The notes under the pieces: generated by a model
Database searches by the model: none
Told to the model about the DNA's origin: nothing
Seen by the model: only the letters and a program-made list of their open reading frames with translations
Shown: in pieces, positions 43,201-51,300 of the stretch
How the letters are laid out: each line of letters starts with the position of its first letter
How positions within the stretch are numbered: position 1 is the first letter of the stretch
Assembly: GCA_963845245.1 (NCBI GenBank)
Contig: CAWJRJ010000015.1
Span: 1 to 64,000, forward strand
Direction of reading: 5' to 3'
DNA: 64,000 bases
Source: Nitrospirota bacterium
GTDB taxonomy: Bacteria; Nitrospirota; JACRHJ01
Translations under genes and position numbers: made by a program

Positions 43201-46114
43201 CGCCGGGACGTCCGCAAGATACCGCATACAGGCGGTCGACGCGAAAGGCAACATATCCGGTACTGCTGCCAGCACCGTGTTCGCGAAACCGGCGGCAATA
43301 ACCGACCTTACAGCCACTAGCTCGCAGACAAGCTCCGCAAACGTCCTGATGTTCAGTGCGCCCGTCACCCTTGCCGGCCTCTCCAGCTATAAGGTATACG
43401 GGAAAGAGCAGGGGACGGCGCTGGTGAACCTCAACGGCGCGACCTTGCTTGGTACAGTTACACCGGCCATAAACCACGGGGGGAACATCGCGGCCGAGTC
43501 CACGCCATCGGCAAGCCACGTCTACTCAACCGGGACAAATTACGCTGCGTCAAATGTCGTCGACGGGAACACCTCCACCTACTGGTACGGCAAAAACGGC
43601 GTCGGGCCGAACTACCTCACGCTTGCCTTTGGTTCACCCATACCGGTTTACAAGGTGTCGTTGTCCTTCTATAGTTCTACATCTTACTGCCCGAAGGATT
43701 ACCTTATACAGACATACGACGGCTCAGCATGGGTGACGCGAGTCACGGTGACGAACGATACTTCCATGGCCCCTACCTATACTCTCTCCGAACCGGTGAA
43801 CGCGAGCCAGGTAAGGATATACATCACGGAGACACGCGGCGGCATGGCGTCATACTTCCCGATAATAGGGGAGTTCATGGTATATCCGGGCGAGAAGTTC
43901 ACGCACAACCTCCAGAACACGGCTCTGAAGGCCGAAGTCGGCCATACCTATGCATATGCCGTCATCGCCGAGGACGTGAATGCGGTCAGTTCCGACATCT
44001 CCAGCGGCCCGGCCACAGTAAGGGCCGTACAAGACAAGGACGGCCCCGACAAGGTGACCGACTTGAGCGTAACGAGCCCGGTGGGCACAACCCAGGTCAT
44101 GCTCAACTGGAGCACGCCGCTCGACAACCTCGGGCGCGGGAGCACGGGGGCGACAGGCTACGAGATATACAGGCTGCCTACCGGCCTCTCAGGCACGCCG
44201 ATGCCGGTTACCGACAGCAACTTCAACACTGCGAGCCTCGTCTACAGCGGCACCTACGCATCTAGCCAGGCCGGCACCCAAAACAGCTATACCGCGACAT
44301 GGTATGACCACGAAGGGGTCAATTACGCGGTACGCTCAAAGGATTCCATCGGCAACTGGTCGCCAATATCCAACAGCCCGTTCATAGTAGTGGGCAAGGA
44401 TACGCAGGCCCCGTCTCCTCCGGTGATCACCGAGTGCATCCCGGTCGATTCGCCTGAGGTGGACGTATACTGGAACGCGGCTGCCGACAACATCGGCGTA
44501 AACGGATACAGGTTGTACCGCGCCGACGTGAACGTCGAACCTTTCCTGACCGATAAATGCATCACCGAGAACAACATCGGCAGCGCTCAGGTAGCTGTGA
44601 ACCTTATATCCTATTATATGAACAGCGCGGCGGATGAAGGCGGGACGCCCGGAAATACATATTACTATGCGCTTCGGGCCTGGGACGACGAGAACAACAT
44701 GTCGAACATATCGAACTGCGCCGTCGCAACCGTCAGGACTACCGAGCAGGACACAACGTCTCCGACATGGAGGGGGGCGTCTCTTACGGCGATACAGCAG
44801 CCCTACCCCGACATAGACCTGATATGGACATCGGCTGCCGACCTGAACGACTCCGGTGGCGCGGGTAGCATAGACCATTACGAGGTATACAGAAGCCAGA
44901 CAAGCTTCAGCTCGACCACAGACCCCGGCGTGTCCATGATCGCGACCGTATCCGGCATAAGGAACTCATATTCTGACAGGACCGGCGACCACGAGGCGAC
45001 GTATTACTACGCGCTGGTGGCGGTGGATGCAGCGACGGCGCACAACAGGAGCGCGATCTCAAACGTAGCGTCTGCACAGGTGGCGCCTGCCCCGTCGCCT
45101 GACAATGCGCCGCCCTCGATACCCGGCTCACTTGCGGTATCTACCGGCGTCTACCCGGACATCAACATATACTGGACGGCCTCGACTGACGTGGACGATT
45201 CGGGCACGGGCCAACAGCTCCTGTACTACAAGCTCTACCGGTCCCGCTATCCGCTCGACATAACCGAAGCCAACAAGCAGAACCCCGCCGAGGTTGATAC
45301 GGTCATGATAGCGTGCGATGCCACCAGCTATACCGCAAGGGGCATCGGAGGGACGCAGTACAACTACAGGCTCGAGGCGTTCGACATGGCAGGAAACGGG
45401 TCGGGACTGAGCGTTCAGCTTATGGGACAGGTGGCGCCTGCCCCGTGCGTGGATTCCACCCCGCCGCGCGCCCCTGCCGACCTGAACGCGACAATAGGCC
45501 CCTCGCCCGATATAGACCTTTCATGGACCGCATCCATAGACGACGGAGGCGTCTGCTCCGGGCAGATCGACCATTACCTTCTCTACAAGGCCAATTACGA
45601 GATAAAGGCCGACACGGACCTGCGGTCGCTTCCGCATATCTATGTAGGCGGGAAGGGCACCTCGTATACCGATTCCACAGGCATACCCAACACGCAATAC
45701 TGGTATGTCCTGACCGCTGTGGACACCTCGGCAAACGAGTCGGCCAGCTCCAACATCATAACGGGGACTACAGGGGCGGACACGATGGCGCCCGCGTCGG
45801 TTACCGACCTGAAGGCTACCCCGGGCACGGGCGAGATAAATCTTACCTGGTGCAGGCCTTCGGACAACGTCGGTATCCACCATTATGAGATCTACAGGAA
45901 AGAACAGGGTACTATCATGACGGACGCGGATATAACGCTGGCGAACAAGTTGACCTGCTTCGCGAATGGCGGTGTCTGCCTGTCATGCAACGATGCGGCC
46001 GTCCTGGCCGGCCATACTTACAGCTATGCGGTCATCGCGGTGGACGGTTCAGGCAACCGTTCGACGATCAGCAGAGGGCAGCACGACGGCGATACCGTCG
46101 GGATAATGCCATGA
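34238..46114 (+). CDS. Giant secreted multiheme cytochrome c (~44 CxxCH plus a CX4CH) with CBM-like domains, Fn3 repeats and an F5/8-type C-like domain
   Basis: Signal peptide; heme motifs to ~40640; then repeated L.W.A..D......Y.VYR...Y.Y.V.A.D..GN.S Fn3 units, NGSFE/NPGFE CBM-like domains and an ASNVVDGNTSTYW discoidin-like domain. Confidence 0.95.
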   Translation: MIRRFLISMLSLAIVAGLALSGTQSMADVTGRPHDLSIDNDEGHCINCHDLHQVNLGEGYPHNLKRGNEIKVCYQCHAGAFSDYSSIDPSLENSASLLSHYDIRAEFSQPHIHFPRYGMDGEINKCSFCHNPHGVFNQGSTTRKPKLLSAGPDAVTDTDEYCFVCHNSDPNPPHAKFSNVSVGNQYKLSRNTYRQMTHSTFYRATTVTEPVPDSALNYDDNPYGKGKDISCLTCHRPHGSPNDHMLKAADNQDFCLSCHNGTKAPDLSSFNATGHGKPGAARICQDCHFPHGTGQKAAIKTTITDPHTGTANQAAVNASGVNEACFACHVTVSAPVASYSFDSSLSGWSTGGLTQTLDTAVYYLGGGSMKQYRTPAASTYSYSPLWQVSPNTQYTFTVFRYIPAAITDGAAYVSLYEFTSAGSSVKSVNVGTSSAATSRWDRVTYTFTTSSTTGQIRIYLFLSGSGTVYWDELRLGTSSSISYYQGKTAYNSGIHKTSVNALNPGGTHGEAAGDCDNCHNPHGRGYDKMLVDTRDQKLCYDCHNEITPNTKSGRDVKADFQMVSRHDLAKVACVNCHNVHKATQSQVMMDPQDASQYMTDKTVFCLSCHSGVMPAGVTGAPNINTEWSGGGHDNTHSLTCSDCHESHSSQNTKNLNYTARAYNGYTARFLAGMSFGSRAFCEACHNRTRAGYKGAKIIPTGSGYVGQHGQSDQTPCSSCHTRKHNPAIANYTGSSSYYTSRCLDCHTQGTGNPYPNPDADFNTPRNGADPDTRASIHNINYNPPTSVDCIKCHGSRHEINHSPASKVFDPDTSHGSSGPFDVSSSSAFCLECHDQTPVSIGGRTPQNILDTYTSAGHGSTHGGQVVCSACHTHHGSTKIKLIKDTINAKPVLGTYSGDNVTVCTACHYGTDARLPQWGGYQVYSGSVHAFGNRSTGRYVTDGRHGRGTCVNCHNPHGSRVGGKTVPSMLYKKEEEVCYTCHNSVTPNTASGEDVQARFKMLTHHNISDADQLGPDGIAGTADDSKIECEDCHDPHTITERLMAFKNVSDAGGRHTMSIEADQDFCVKCHSPNPPARVKYPAEGVWDKSKYDQSAHGNHLKRRKGFGNYSNGITYPCKVCHNPHGSNQAGQQRESWDINRDGIPDDIDGDGILDSSDTVGFIGYSTGTHRVMLVSSISGIPSRASFKRISTTIPYQANGSIDVEICLNCHDGSPAYDVETDIKKRSHHPVEYSQQVGLGGAKIECYNCHDQHRAQATNEAAGEYATTNPDAPREPMPGDASFCLRCHDNTLPPGVSFGSRHLKNIKLSYNPRDHRDTKGYDVITTFMGHYVQATGRPMMCRDCHNQHGSNYTNMLRDNTEPGKPGYDPAQPVQLMQPVALGLTDPMGGGDNEPLTSTTEHCLACHSGVTTYNGNRIPLPPPPDAFERGLTVSSVGKHPDLKPDVTVADEAGGHLYKGTFALVTTPGSVKEECTQCHDSHNPFIATVDGQLTNCYQCHNENTSLPDTQSEFNDNPTNPTRSNSIHPIKFDPRAAGPSAVECLKCHDQSRHMQGKVRLRKNPGTFINYSSDSSVWADPVAARTINSFCLECHGPDTTVATSFWRGGVEHVPPRLPAGHVGGAHFVNANLLCTDCHEYHGSKNKGLRKNAKGDEETFCYNCHSDPAKSRNGIDIQAKFEGTASHHIINAAEQSAKGAKLECEDCHNPHVVTRTAPVVKADDSSTAAVSDTSFCISCHDSNGAPGVKFPGYSTGTSGAEWDPATGKWNKWNKAAYAGSQHDAAGNISCKKCHDPHGSPNTATLLQNISSTSGISVSFGAHSTIRGKRMEELGVNKVCSACHKSSMGVYNGYAGYTGLTFGKKHGVDKNCTYCHNPHGTGAANLVRSTMPLYMNMTSPKFGSVYNFKGFGNPTTGKPFYVFCSSAGCHASERAQIDTFDMDLAPDNFTRNVASSSHHPMKEGVMGCTACHKEHGSGFAPDLRAAYFRESNWPKLYHSGRGVYSVQHGGGCGDPDPFDGSDFFEDGTRRGQVTSVNPPSNANDLCFMCHQVDDIIGTASGGMAAANTKFLGHEAVKGGATISHNISKNGNGVGSDYHNFSCSACHFPHSSSMNKLLKQGCMSQADATQDPNPSYGSIFQCHSYTKVWSGGYQGWRNLTTAKADFKRPPNPVTNLAVSQDPDLTIHLSWTAVADAPGQGAHHYNVYRSSQPIMQDTKAAAARISNKALSGGVPGSGMAYDDRTCQPNTTYYYAVVACDPENNESFVSNCVMAAMGADTYAPATIADQTTAQVDGTYNVKLTWHDPGDNVNVTQYKVYRKSGLVTLANDDIVSGNFLGVAGNPVTDTSLSADGSADTNSYTFTDATTQLGQDYSYAVVALDAAGNVSPVPAGTSFSVSIIDPAPAALTTLTAKPVSKEMHAQLTWTAPGNQGNISGYKVYRKSGPAFVQADLVPGNLLTTVTTLSYTADIPAAGTDFYFAVTALDQSSGRESKLGNNALINVPQPPSDLSSARLFNSGLKLSWTAPSYTADFRSYKLYVRRNSGAWAQMNPVDNLVSNGSFEVDLTGWTASSLTAARDYSSSADGVSCAVLTGTYAGDKFLGSGMVAVAPSIAYTYSGYVKVPIALAGGTTALKVIEYNSSGGYVTEHTATGVSVTSGWQKLTDMWTTSATTTQVKLKLQMSGTGTAYWDDVRLGSSVSVGTSARLDFTGLEPGNYEVAVTANYGTYGGSTPYESIPSASVPCVIDDTSTPVDITVSGALTPASNYTTPSLSWNAPADRNFTGYTPSGLSSYRIQSSRDQGKTWLTVHRSRLTNPGFETHGGIADDANTDTFTGWGASNINMFAVTDAIFDNRALKIRYAGSGDTYVNSAEPTTGQSVAGKAYSMSFWAKASKPATFQYFIQANGGNYESIGTVSPSIGTEWTMFTTSGSFSSSATASGARVIIRPSSDTSVDITLDGVRLDAGNGALLANDGSFYQPANYGVPGSAQGFDDPTPLVAGTSARYRIQAVDAKGNISGTAASTVFAKPAAITDLTATSSQTSSANVLMFSAPVTLAGLSSYKVYGKEQGTALVNLNGATLLGTVTPAINHGGNIAAESTPSASHVYSTGTNYAASNVVDGNTSTYWYGKNGVGPNYLTLAFGSPIPVYKVSLSFYSSTSYCPKDYLIQTYDGSAWVTRVTVTNDTSMAPTYTLSEPVNASQVRIYITETRGGMASYFPIIGEFMVYPGEKFTHNLQNTALKAEVGHTYAYAVIAEDVNAVSSDISSGPATVRAVQDKDGPDKVTDLSVTSPVGTTQVMLNWSTPLDNLGRGSTGATGYEIYRLPTGLSGTPMPVTDSNFNTASLVYSGTYASSQAGTQNSYTATWYDHEGVNYAVRSKDSIGNWSPISNSPFIVVGKDTQAPSPPVITECIPVDSPEVDVYWNAAADNIGVNGYRLYRADVNVEPFLTDKCITENNIGSAQVAVNLISYYMNSAADEGGTPGNTYYYALRAWDDENNMSNISNCAVATVRTTEQDTTSPTWRGASLTAIQQPYPDIDLIWTSAADLNDSGGAGSIDHYEVYRSQTSFSSTTDPGVSMIATVSGIRNSYSDRTGDHEATYYYALVAVDAATAHNRSAISNVASAQVAPAPSPDNAPPSIPGSLAVSTGVYPDINIYWTASTDVDDSGTGQQLLYYKLYRSRYPLDITEANKQNPAEVDTVMIACDATSYTARGIGGTQYNYRLEAFDMAGNGSGLSVQLMGQVAPAPCVDSTPPRAPADLNATIGPSPDIDLSWTASIDDGGVCSGQIDHYLLYKANYEIKADTDLRSLPHIYVGGKGTSYTDSTGIPNTQYWYVLTAVDTSANESASSNIITGTTGADTMAPASVTDLKATPGTGEINLTWCRPSDNVGIHHYEIYRKEQGTIMTDADITLANKLTCFANGGVCLSCNDAAVLAGHTYSYAVIAVDGSGNRSTISRGQHDGDTVGIMP

Positions 46115-46941
46115 AAAACTTTAATCGGCTTGTAACGGTTTTATTGTCTCTTGCTCTGACGGCGGTCTTTGCCGCATCGTCACGCGCGTCGGTAGATACT
46201 CCGCCGGGTGTCTATTTCGGGGAGACCATCTTTGAGGTAAAAGACGGTTCGATCATAGCTCCCAGGGCAAGGCATCTGCCATTTGAGCCCCCAAAAGAAT
46301 TCGGGCGGTTGAAGGCCGGCTGGACCCCGATGAAGGATGGCGAATATGTAGCGTATGATACCGACGGGATATTAGACACGGAGCAGGGGACATTCGAGGT
46401 TGACCTGGTGCTTCTGGGGGATGAAGGGAAACCCTTGATAACGCACAATTACGTTCAAGCGCTCATCACCTTGTATGACGGCAGGGAAAAGGCCTTCTTT
46501 ACCATAGGCATAAACAACACCGACCTGGTGATAGGCAGTTTCCCGATCCACCCGATGCTGATGGAGGATGCGTTCGGCGGGGCCAGCTTCCCTTACCTGT
46601 CCAAGCTCGACGGCCCGCTCAGAGAAGGGACGGAGTTGAAAGTCACTGTAACCTGGGGACCTGGCCCCTCGGATGGCCGTGTCTATGTCAACGGCAGATA
46701 CATGGGCCTGGATTCAAGGAGGGGGCCGAAGGGCCGCGGCGCGCCGCCGGGGTATCAGCCGACAGCCTCATTCAGTTCGTTCCTCAAAGGCTTTGAAGGG
46801 TTTACGGGTGGTCCGGTAGGGCCGCCAAAGACGCTCACCATAGGCAGGATAGGTACCGACAGGAAGATAAACAGGACGGGCTCTCCCATGACGGTGGCTA
46901 TTAAAAGCGTCAGGCTGTCGGGACGGGCGGAGGTCCCGTAG
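46111..46941 (+). CDS. Exported hypothetical protein, possibly LamG/ConA-like beta-sandwich
   Basis: ATG overlaps the stop of the giant cytochrome (ATGA); signal peptide; QGTFEV, VTVTW...VYVNG and LTIG strands. Confidence 0.7.
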   Translation: MKNFNRLVTVLLSLALTAVFAASSRASVDTPPGVYFGETIFEVKDGSIIAPRARHLPFEPPKEFGRLKAGWTPMKDGEYVAYDTDGILDTEQGTFEVDLVLLGDEGKPLITHNYVQALITLYDGREKAFFTIGINNTDLVIGSFPIHPMLMEDAFGGASFPYLSKLDGPLREGTELKVTVTWGPGPSDGRVYVNGRYMGLDSRRGPKGRGAPPGYQPTASFSSFLKGFEGFTGGPVGPPKTLTIGRIGTDRKINRTGSPMTVAIKSVRLSGRAEVP

Positions 46942-46965
46942 GTCGGGGGTCAGGTTGTTTGTATC

Positions 46966-49516
46966 TCAGTACTTCTCTTCCAGGAAGTTCCGTGCATAAT
47001 GCTCCACAGCCTCGTCGGTGTGGAGCATCGCGTCCATCTGCCGGGTATACGATATCAGCCTTCCGAGCTGGTCGAGTATGGGCTCCATCCCATCCTTTGA
47101 GAGGTTCGAGAGTTTTGCTATTATCAGGTCGCCCTTTTCTGTCACATTGAAACCGAAATTCCCCAGAATTATGGAGATCAGATGTATCCTGCGCGAGCGT
47201 TTCGTTATATCGGTCGCACCGCCGGTAAACCTGAAATAGATATGGTTGTTCCTTGCCGTCTCGCTCATGTAGCAGTCGAGCATGTTGAAGTGGTAGCCGA
47301 ACTTCAGGCTCAGGTTGACGTACTCAGCCGATACCACAGCTACGTTATATCCCGCATATTCCCCGGCGTTGGCTGTTATGTCCGGCATCCGCATCATGCT
47401 CGACAGGAAGTCGCCCGCGGATAGGGCTACAATGTCTGAGTGCCAGACCCCTTCATGTGTCATGCCACCCAATATGGCCCGAAGCGGCATGGAGGATACG
47501 TCGTCCACTGTGGCAGTGGCTTTGCCCTTGTCCGTGCCGAGGCCGCCGCCGATGTCTATCACCATTATCCCTGCCGGTATAGGAAGCTCCAGTTTTACAG
47601 GTGCCCGGCCCTTCGCCTGCTCGCCCCACTGCCTGGCGTTCTCCACAAGCTCGGCCACTGATTTCTCGTGGATGAACCTGAGGATGTCGTGCAGTGTCCT
47701 GCAGCCTTCCGGAGAGAAGTCCTCCCTCAGGGGGTCGATCAGGTTCAAAGGAGCTATGTGTCGGAGGATCCGCCGTTTCTTCCTGTATTCGCCCACGCCC
47801 TCCATCCCGAACACCTTGGCCTGTGCGTACTCGACAAGCTCCCTCAGCACTCCTTCATACACGACGGGGCTTCCGTCTTCGTCAATGTACAGCGTCACAG
47901 GCTGGCCATCCGTAAGCGTCCTGGTTGCGTTACCGGTGTTGACAAGCGTAGGAAGGCGGAACTCCCTGCACACCGATGCCATGTGGCTGGTCAGGCCGCC
48001 GACGTCGGTGATTATAGCCGAGAGGCGGTGCATGGCCTTGGTGATATTTGATGAGTCGGTGTGCGCTACAAGCACCGCGCCGTCCGGGACCCTGTCCAGG
48101 TCGTCTTCATGCTTCAGTATGAAAACCTTGCCCGCACCTGCCCCGTACTGTACCGGCATGCCCTTGCCGGACATCAGCACCGGGGCGTCGGGCGATACTG
48201 TATGCGCCACTTTTTTCTCTGGAGCCCCTTCCGAGACCTTCAGGGGTCTTGCCTGTAGTATGTATATTACGCCGTCGTTTCCTATGGCCCATTCTATGTC
48301 CTGCGGCCCGCCCAGATGTTTCTCTATCCTGACGGCCTGCTTCGCGAGTTCCAGTACCTGTCCGTCGGTTAGGCAAAAGGTGTCGGTCTTCTCGACCGGG
48401 ACAGGCAGACTCTCGGTGCCGCCTCCCTGCCGGAGGACTCACCATGCGGTCCTTCTTTCCGGCCTTCTTGTCACGGATCGCCGGTAGCTCCTCGTTTGTG
48501 GCGGGCTTACCTACAGTGTACAGGTCGGCGTCTACACTGCCTTCAACGACGCTGACGCCAAGGCCCCAGGAGGCGGTCATCAGGAGCGCATTCCGGTCCC
48601 CGCCCGGGCTGGCGGTATAGATCACGCCGCTCGATGCGGCGTCCACCATTATGATACAGCCAACAGCCATCTTCATTAGTCCCGCATCGAAGCCGAGACG
48701 CCTCTGGTACGCCACCGAGCCGGGCGAGTAGAGACTGGCTATAACTTTCTTATATGCCTCTTCTAGTGCAGCCGAAGATGCCGGTACGTTTAATACCGTT
48801 TCGAACTGGCCCGCGAAGGAGAACTCTCCGTCCTCTTCCTCGGAACTGCTCCTCACGGCAAGAAAGAATTCGGCCTTCTGCCGCTCTCTCATCTCTTTAA
48901 TGGCGGCATCCATGGCAATGCTCAGTTCGGCCGGGACCTCGGCCGCTTCTATCGTGGCCCGTAAGGTCTTAAGCCCGTTCTCCTCGTCTGCGCCGCCTAT
49001 GGTCTCCTTGACCTTTGCGTCGAGGCCGTTATGCCTCATGAACAGGTCGAAGGCCCGCGTGGTTATGGCAAGCCCGTCCGGTACGTTGGATGTCCCGTGG
49101 TTCTTCAGTTCGGCGAGCACGGCGTTCTTGCCGCCTACTTCCCGTGCGGCATCCGTGGAGATATCTTTGTAGGGGATTATCAAGCTAGCGGAAGTATTGA
49201 CCGGCCCTTCGATCTCTGCCGTTATCAAGGCGTCGATGCGGCGGAACGCTTCGCCCAGGTGCGAATATTTTCCCTGCGTAAGTTCCTCGAACCCGGAGAG
49301 GGATGTCCCCATCGCGGCGGCAAGGTTTGAGTGGGCCTCCCTGACGTAGACTACGTCGAATATGTAGTCCCCGCCAAGCTTCTCGCCCATGTCCGTGATC
49401 ACCTCGAGAGCGTGGTTGTTGCTGTCCAGCACGCCCTTGAAAAGGCCGAACACGTCCTTCAACGGCAGCCTTTTCTTGAACAGCCGTCCAGTTAGGAAAC
49501 CGCGGAGGTTCAGCAT
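46966..49516 (-). CDS. PEP synthase/dikinase-like protein (ATP-grasp plus phospho-His swivel domain, non-canonical C terminus); one indel near 48437
   Basis: VGGKNA.L, AVRSS..EED..SFAGQFET.LNV, ASWGLG..VVEG, PQDIEWA and GGLTSHMASVCRE; C terminus SLKFGYHF...Y.RF.GGA is not the PEP-binding barrel. Confidence 0.9.
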
Positions 49517-49529
49517 GGAGTTTAAGACC

Positions 49530-49895
49530 TCACTTGTTCAGTGCGCGTGCGATCGAGGCCTTCAGTTCTTTTATCTTGACCGGCTTTGGGAAGAAGTCAT
49601 GGACCTCGTTCCGAAGCGCCTCGATAGCAGCGTCCAGGTTGGCGAAGGCCGTTATCATTATGACCTTAGTGTCGGGGTAGCGGGACTTGACGGTCCTCAG
49701 CACCTCCATGCCGTCTATGCCCTTCATCTTGAGGTCGGTCACCACCACGTCGAAACGCTCGGTTTCCAGCCTCTTGAGAGCGGGTTCGGCGTTGAGGAAG
49801 GTCTCCACCTGATAACCTTCCTGTTCCAGCGACAACTTGGCCATGTCCCCGACGATCTTTTCGTCGTCTATCACCATTACCCTATAAGTGCTCAT
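49530..49895 (-). CDS. Single-domain response regulator
   Basis: VIDDE, VVTDLKM.GIDG, ITAF and KP; 121 aa with no output domain. Confidence 0.95.
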   Translation of the reverse strand: MSTYRVMVIDDEKIVGDMAKLSLEQEGYQVETFLNAEPALKRLETERFDVVVTDLKMKGIDGMEVLRTVKSRYPDTKVIMITAFANLDAAIEALRNEVHDFFPKPVKIKELKASIARALNK

Positions 49896-51300
49896 CCGAT
49901 GTTTTGACTCCTTTGCTTATTGGAAGTTCGACAATGAACATAGTCCCTGCCCCCACCTGGCTTTCAACCCTTATATTGCCCTTGTGGTTCTTGATTATAC
50001 CATAGCTGACGGAAAGGCCTAGCCCGGTGCCATCGACACCCTTCGTGCTGAAGAACGGGTCGAATATGTGCGGCAGGAGGTCCGGCGGAATGCCGTTCCC
50101 CGTGTCGGTAACGTCTATCTCCACAAACTCGTTCCCGGCACCCGCGCGTGTAGTGATCGAAAGCATGCCGCCTTCGGACATCGCCTGGATCGAGTTCACG
50201 ATCAGGTTTACAAGGACCTGCTCTATCTGGTGCTCGTCCACCATTATATGCGGGAGCCCCTCTCCGAGGTTCAGCCTGGTATCGATGTTCGAGATATCCA
50301 GCATGTTTTGCACCAGGGTGAGGGTCTTTTGCACGACGTTGTTCACGTCGGCATCCCTGAGGTCGGCATCCTTTGGTTTTGAGAAGTCCAGGAGGTTCCT
50401 TACGATAGTCTTTATCCTCTCGGTCTCGCCATCCACCTTGCTCATGAACTCCAACCTCTGCTCGCGGCTCAGGTTGTCGTACAGCTCATCATAGGTCTGC
50501 GCAATCATCGATATGTTGTTCAACGGGTTTGTAAGTTCGTGCGCGACCCCGGCGGTTAGGGTGCCGATGGACGCGAGCTTCTTGGCCTGTATTATCTCCT
50601 CTTCCCTGTTCCTGAGTTCCACGGACATGGTGTTGAATGCGTTCACGACCGACCCAAGCTCGTCTTTCGACTTTACGCCTTCGATCTTGCTGAACCTGCC
50701 GCCGGATATGGCTTTGGCCGCCCTCTCGATCTTTCTGAGCGACTCCAGTATCCTGTGCGACGCAAACTGGCTGACCGCGATCGCCAGCAGGAAAACCGCG
50801 CACAACATATAGAATAGCAGCTTTTGAGATTCGGATATTATCTCGTTGACGCGCGCCCTCTCAAGGAGCGTAATATGTTCGGAAAACTCCTTGAGCTGCT
50901 TGCCCTGAGCACGCAGCTTTGCTTCGAGGCGGCTGTCCAGCCGTCCGCCACGGCGTGCCTCCTCCACGGCATCTGAATAGCCCCTCATGTAGTACAAGAG
51001 CGAGTCAAGGTCTTTTTTGCCGACCGCGCGGATTATGTCTTCCCTTTCGTTGCCGATGGACTTGCTCGTCTCGTCTATCTTATCCTTTATCGCAATCAGG
51101 GCTGACTCGTCTTTGTAGAGGTAGAAGTTCTTCTCCGAGAGCCTCATTTCCAGGAAGGAGGCGTTGAGGTCGTCGGCTATTTCCACGAACCGCAGCTTGG
51201 TAAGCACGAGGTTCAGGTTCTGATAGGCGAAGAAGCCTATAAGAACTATGAGGGTGAGGTTGAATAAGTTGGAGAGTATCGTCTTGTGCTTGATCTTCAT
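49882..51300 (-). CDS. Membrane sensor histidine kinase (TM, periplasmic helical domain, TM, HAMP, HisKA, HATPase)
   Basis: DELG...AFN.M HAMP, AGVAHELTNPL, VNLIVNS, DTGNGI, FDPFFSTK and GTGLGLSVSYGII; ATG at 51300 overlaps the upstream stop. Confidence 0.95.
   Translation of the reverse strand: MKIKHKTILSNLFNLTLIVLIGFFAYQNLNLVLTKLRFVEIADDLNASFLEMRLSEKNFYLYKDESALIAIKDKIDETSKSIGNEREDIIRAVGKKDLDSLLYYMRGYSDAVEEARRGGRLDSRLEAKLRAQGKQLKEFSEHITLLERARVNEIISESQKLLFYMLCAVFLLAIAVSQFASHRILESLRKIERAAKAISGGRFSKIEGVKSKDELGSVVNAFNTMSVELRNREEEIIQAKKLASIGTLTAGVAHELTNPLNNISMIAQTYDELYDNLSREQRLEFMSKVDGETERIKTIVRNLLDFSKPKDADLRDADVNNVVQKTLTLVQNMLDISNIDTRLNLGEGLPHIMVDEHQIEQVLVNLIVNSIQAMSEGGMLSITTRAGAGNEFVEIDVTDTGNGIPPDLLPHIFDPFFSTKGVDGTGLGLSVSYGIIKNHKGNIRVESQVGAGTMFIVELPISKGVKTSDEHL

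Noticed and set aside
28600..46000. Many antisense and alternate-frame ORFs inside the giant genes
   Set aside because: Expected shadows of GC-rich coding sequence; no motifs or RBS support.
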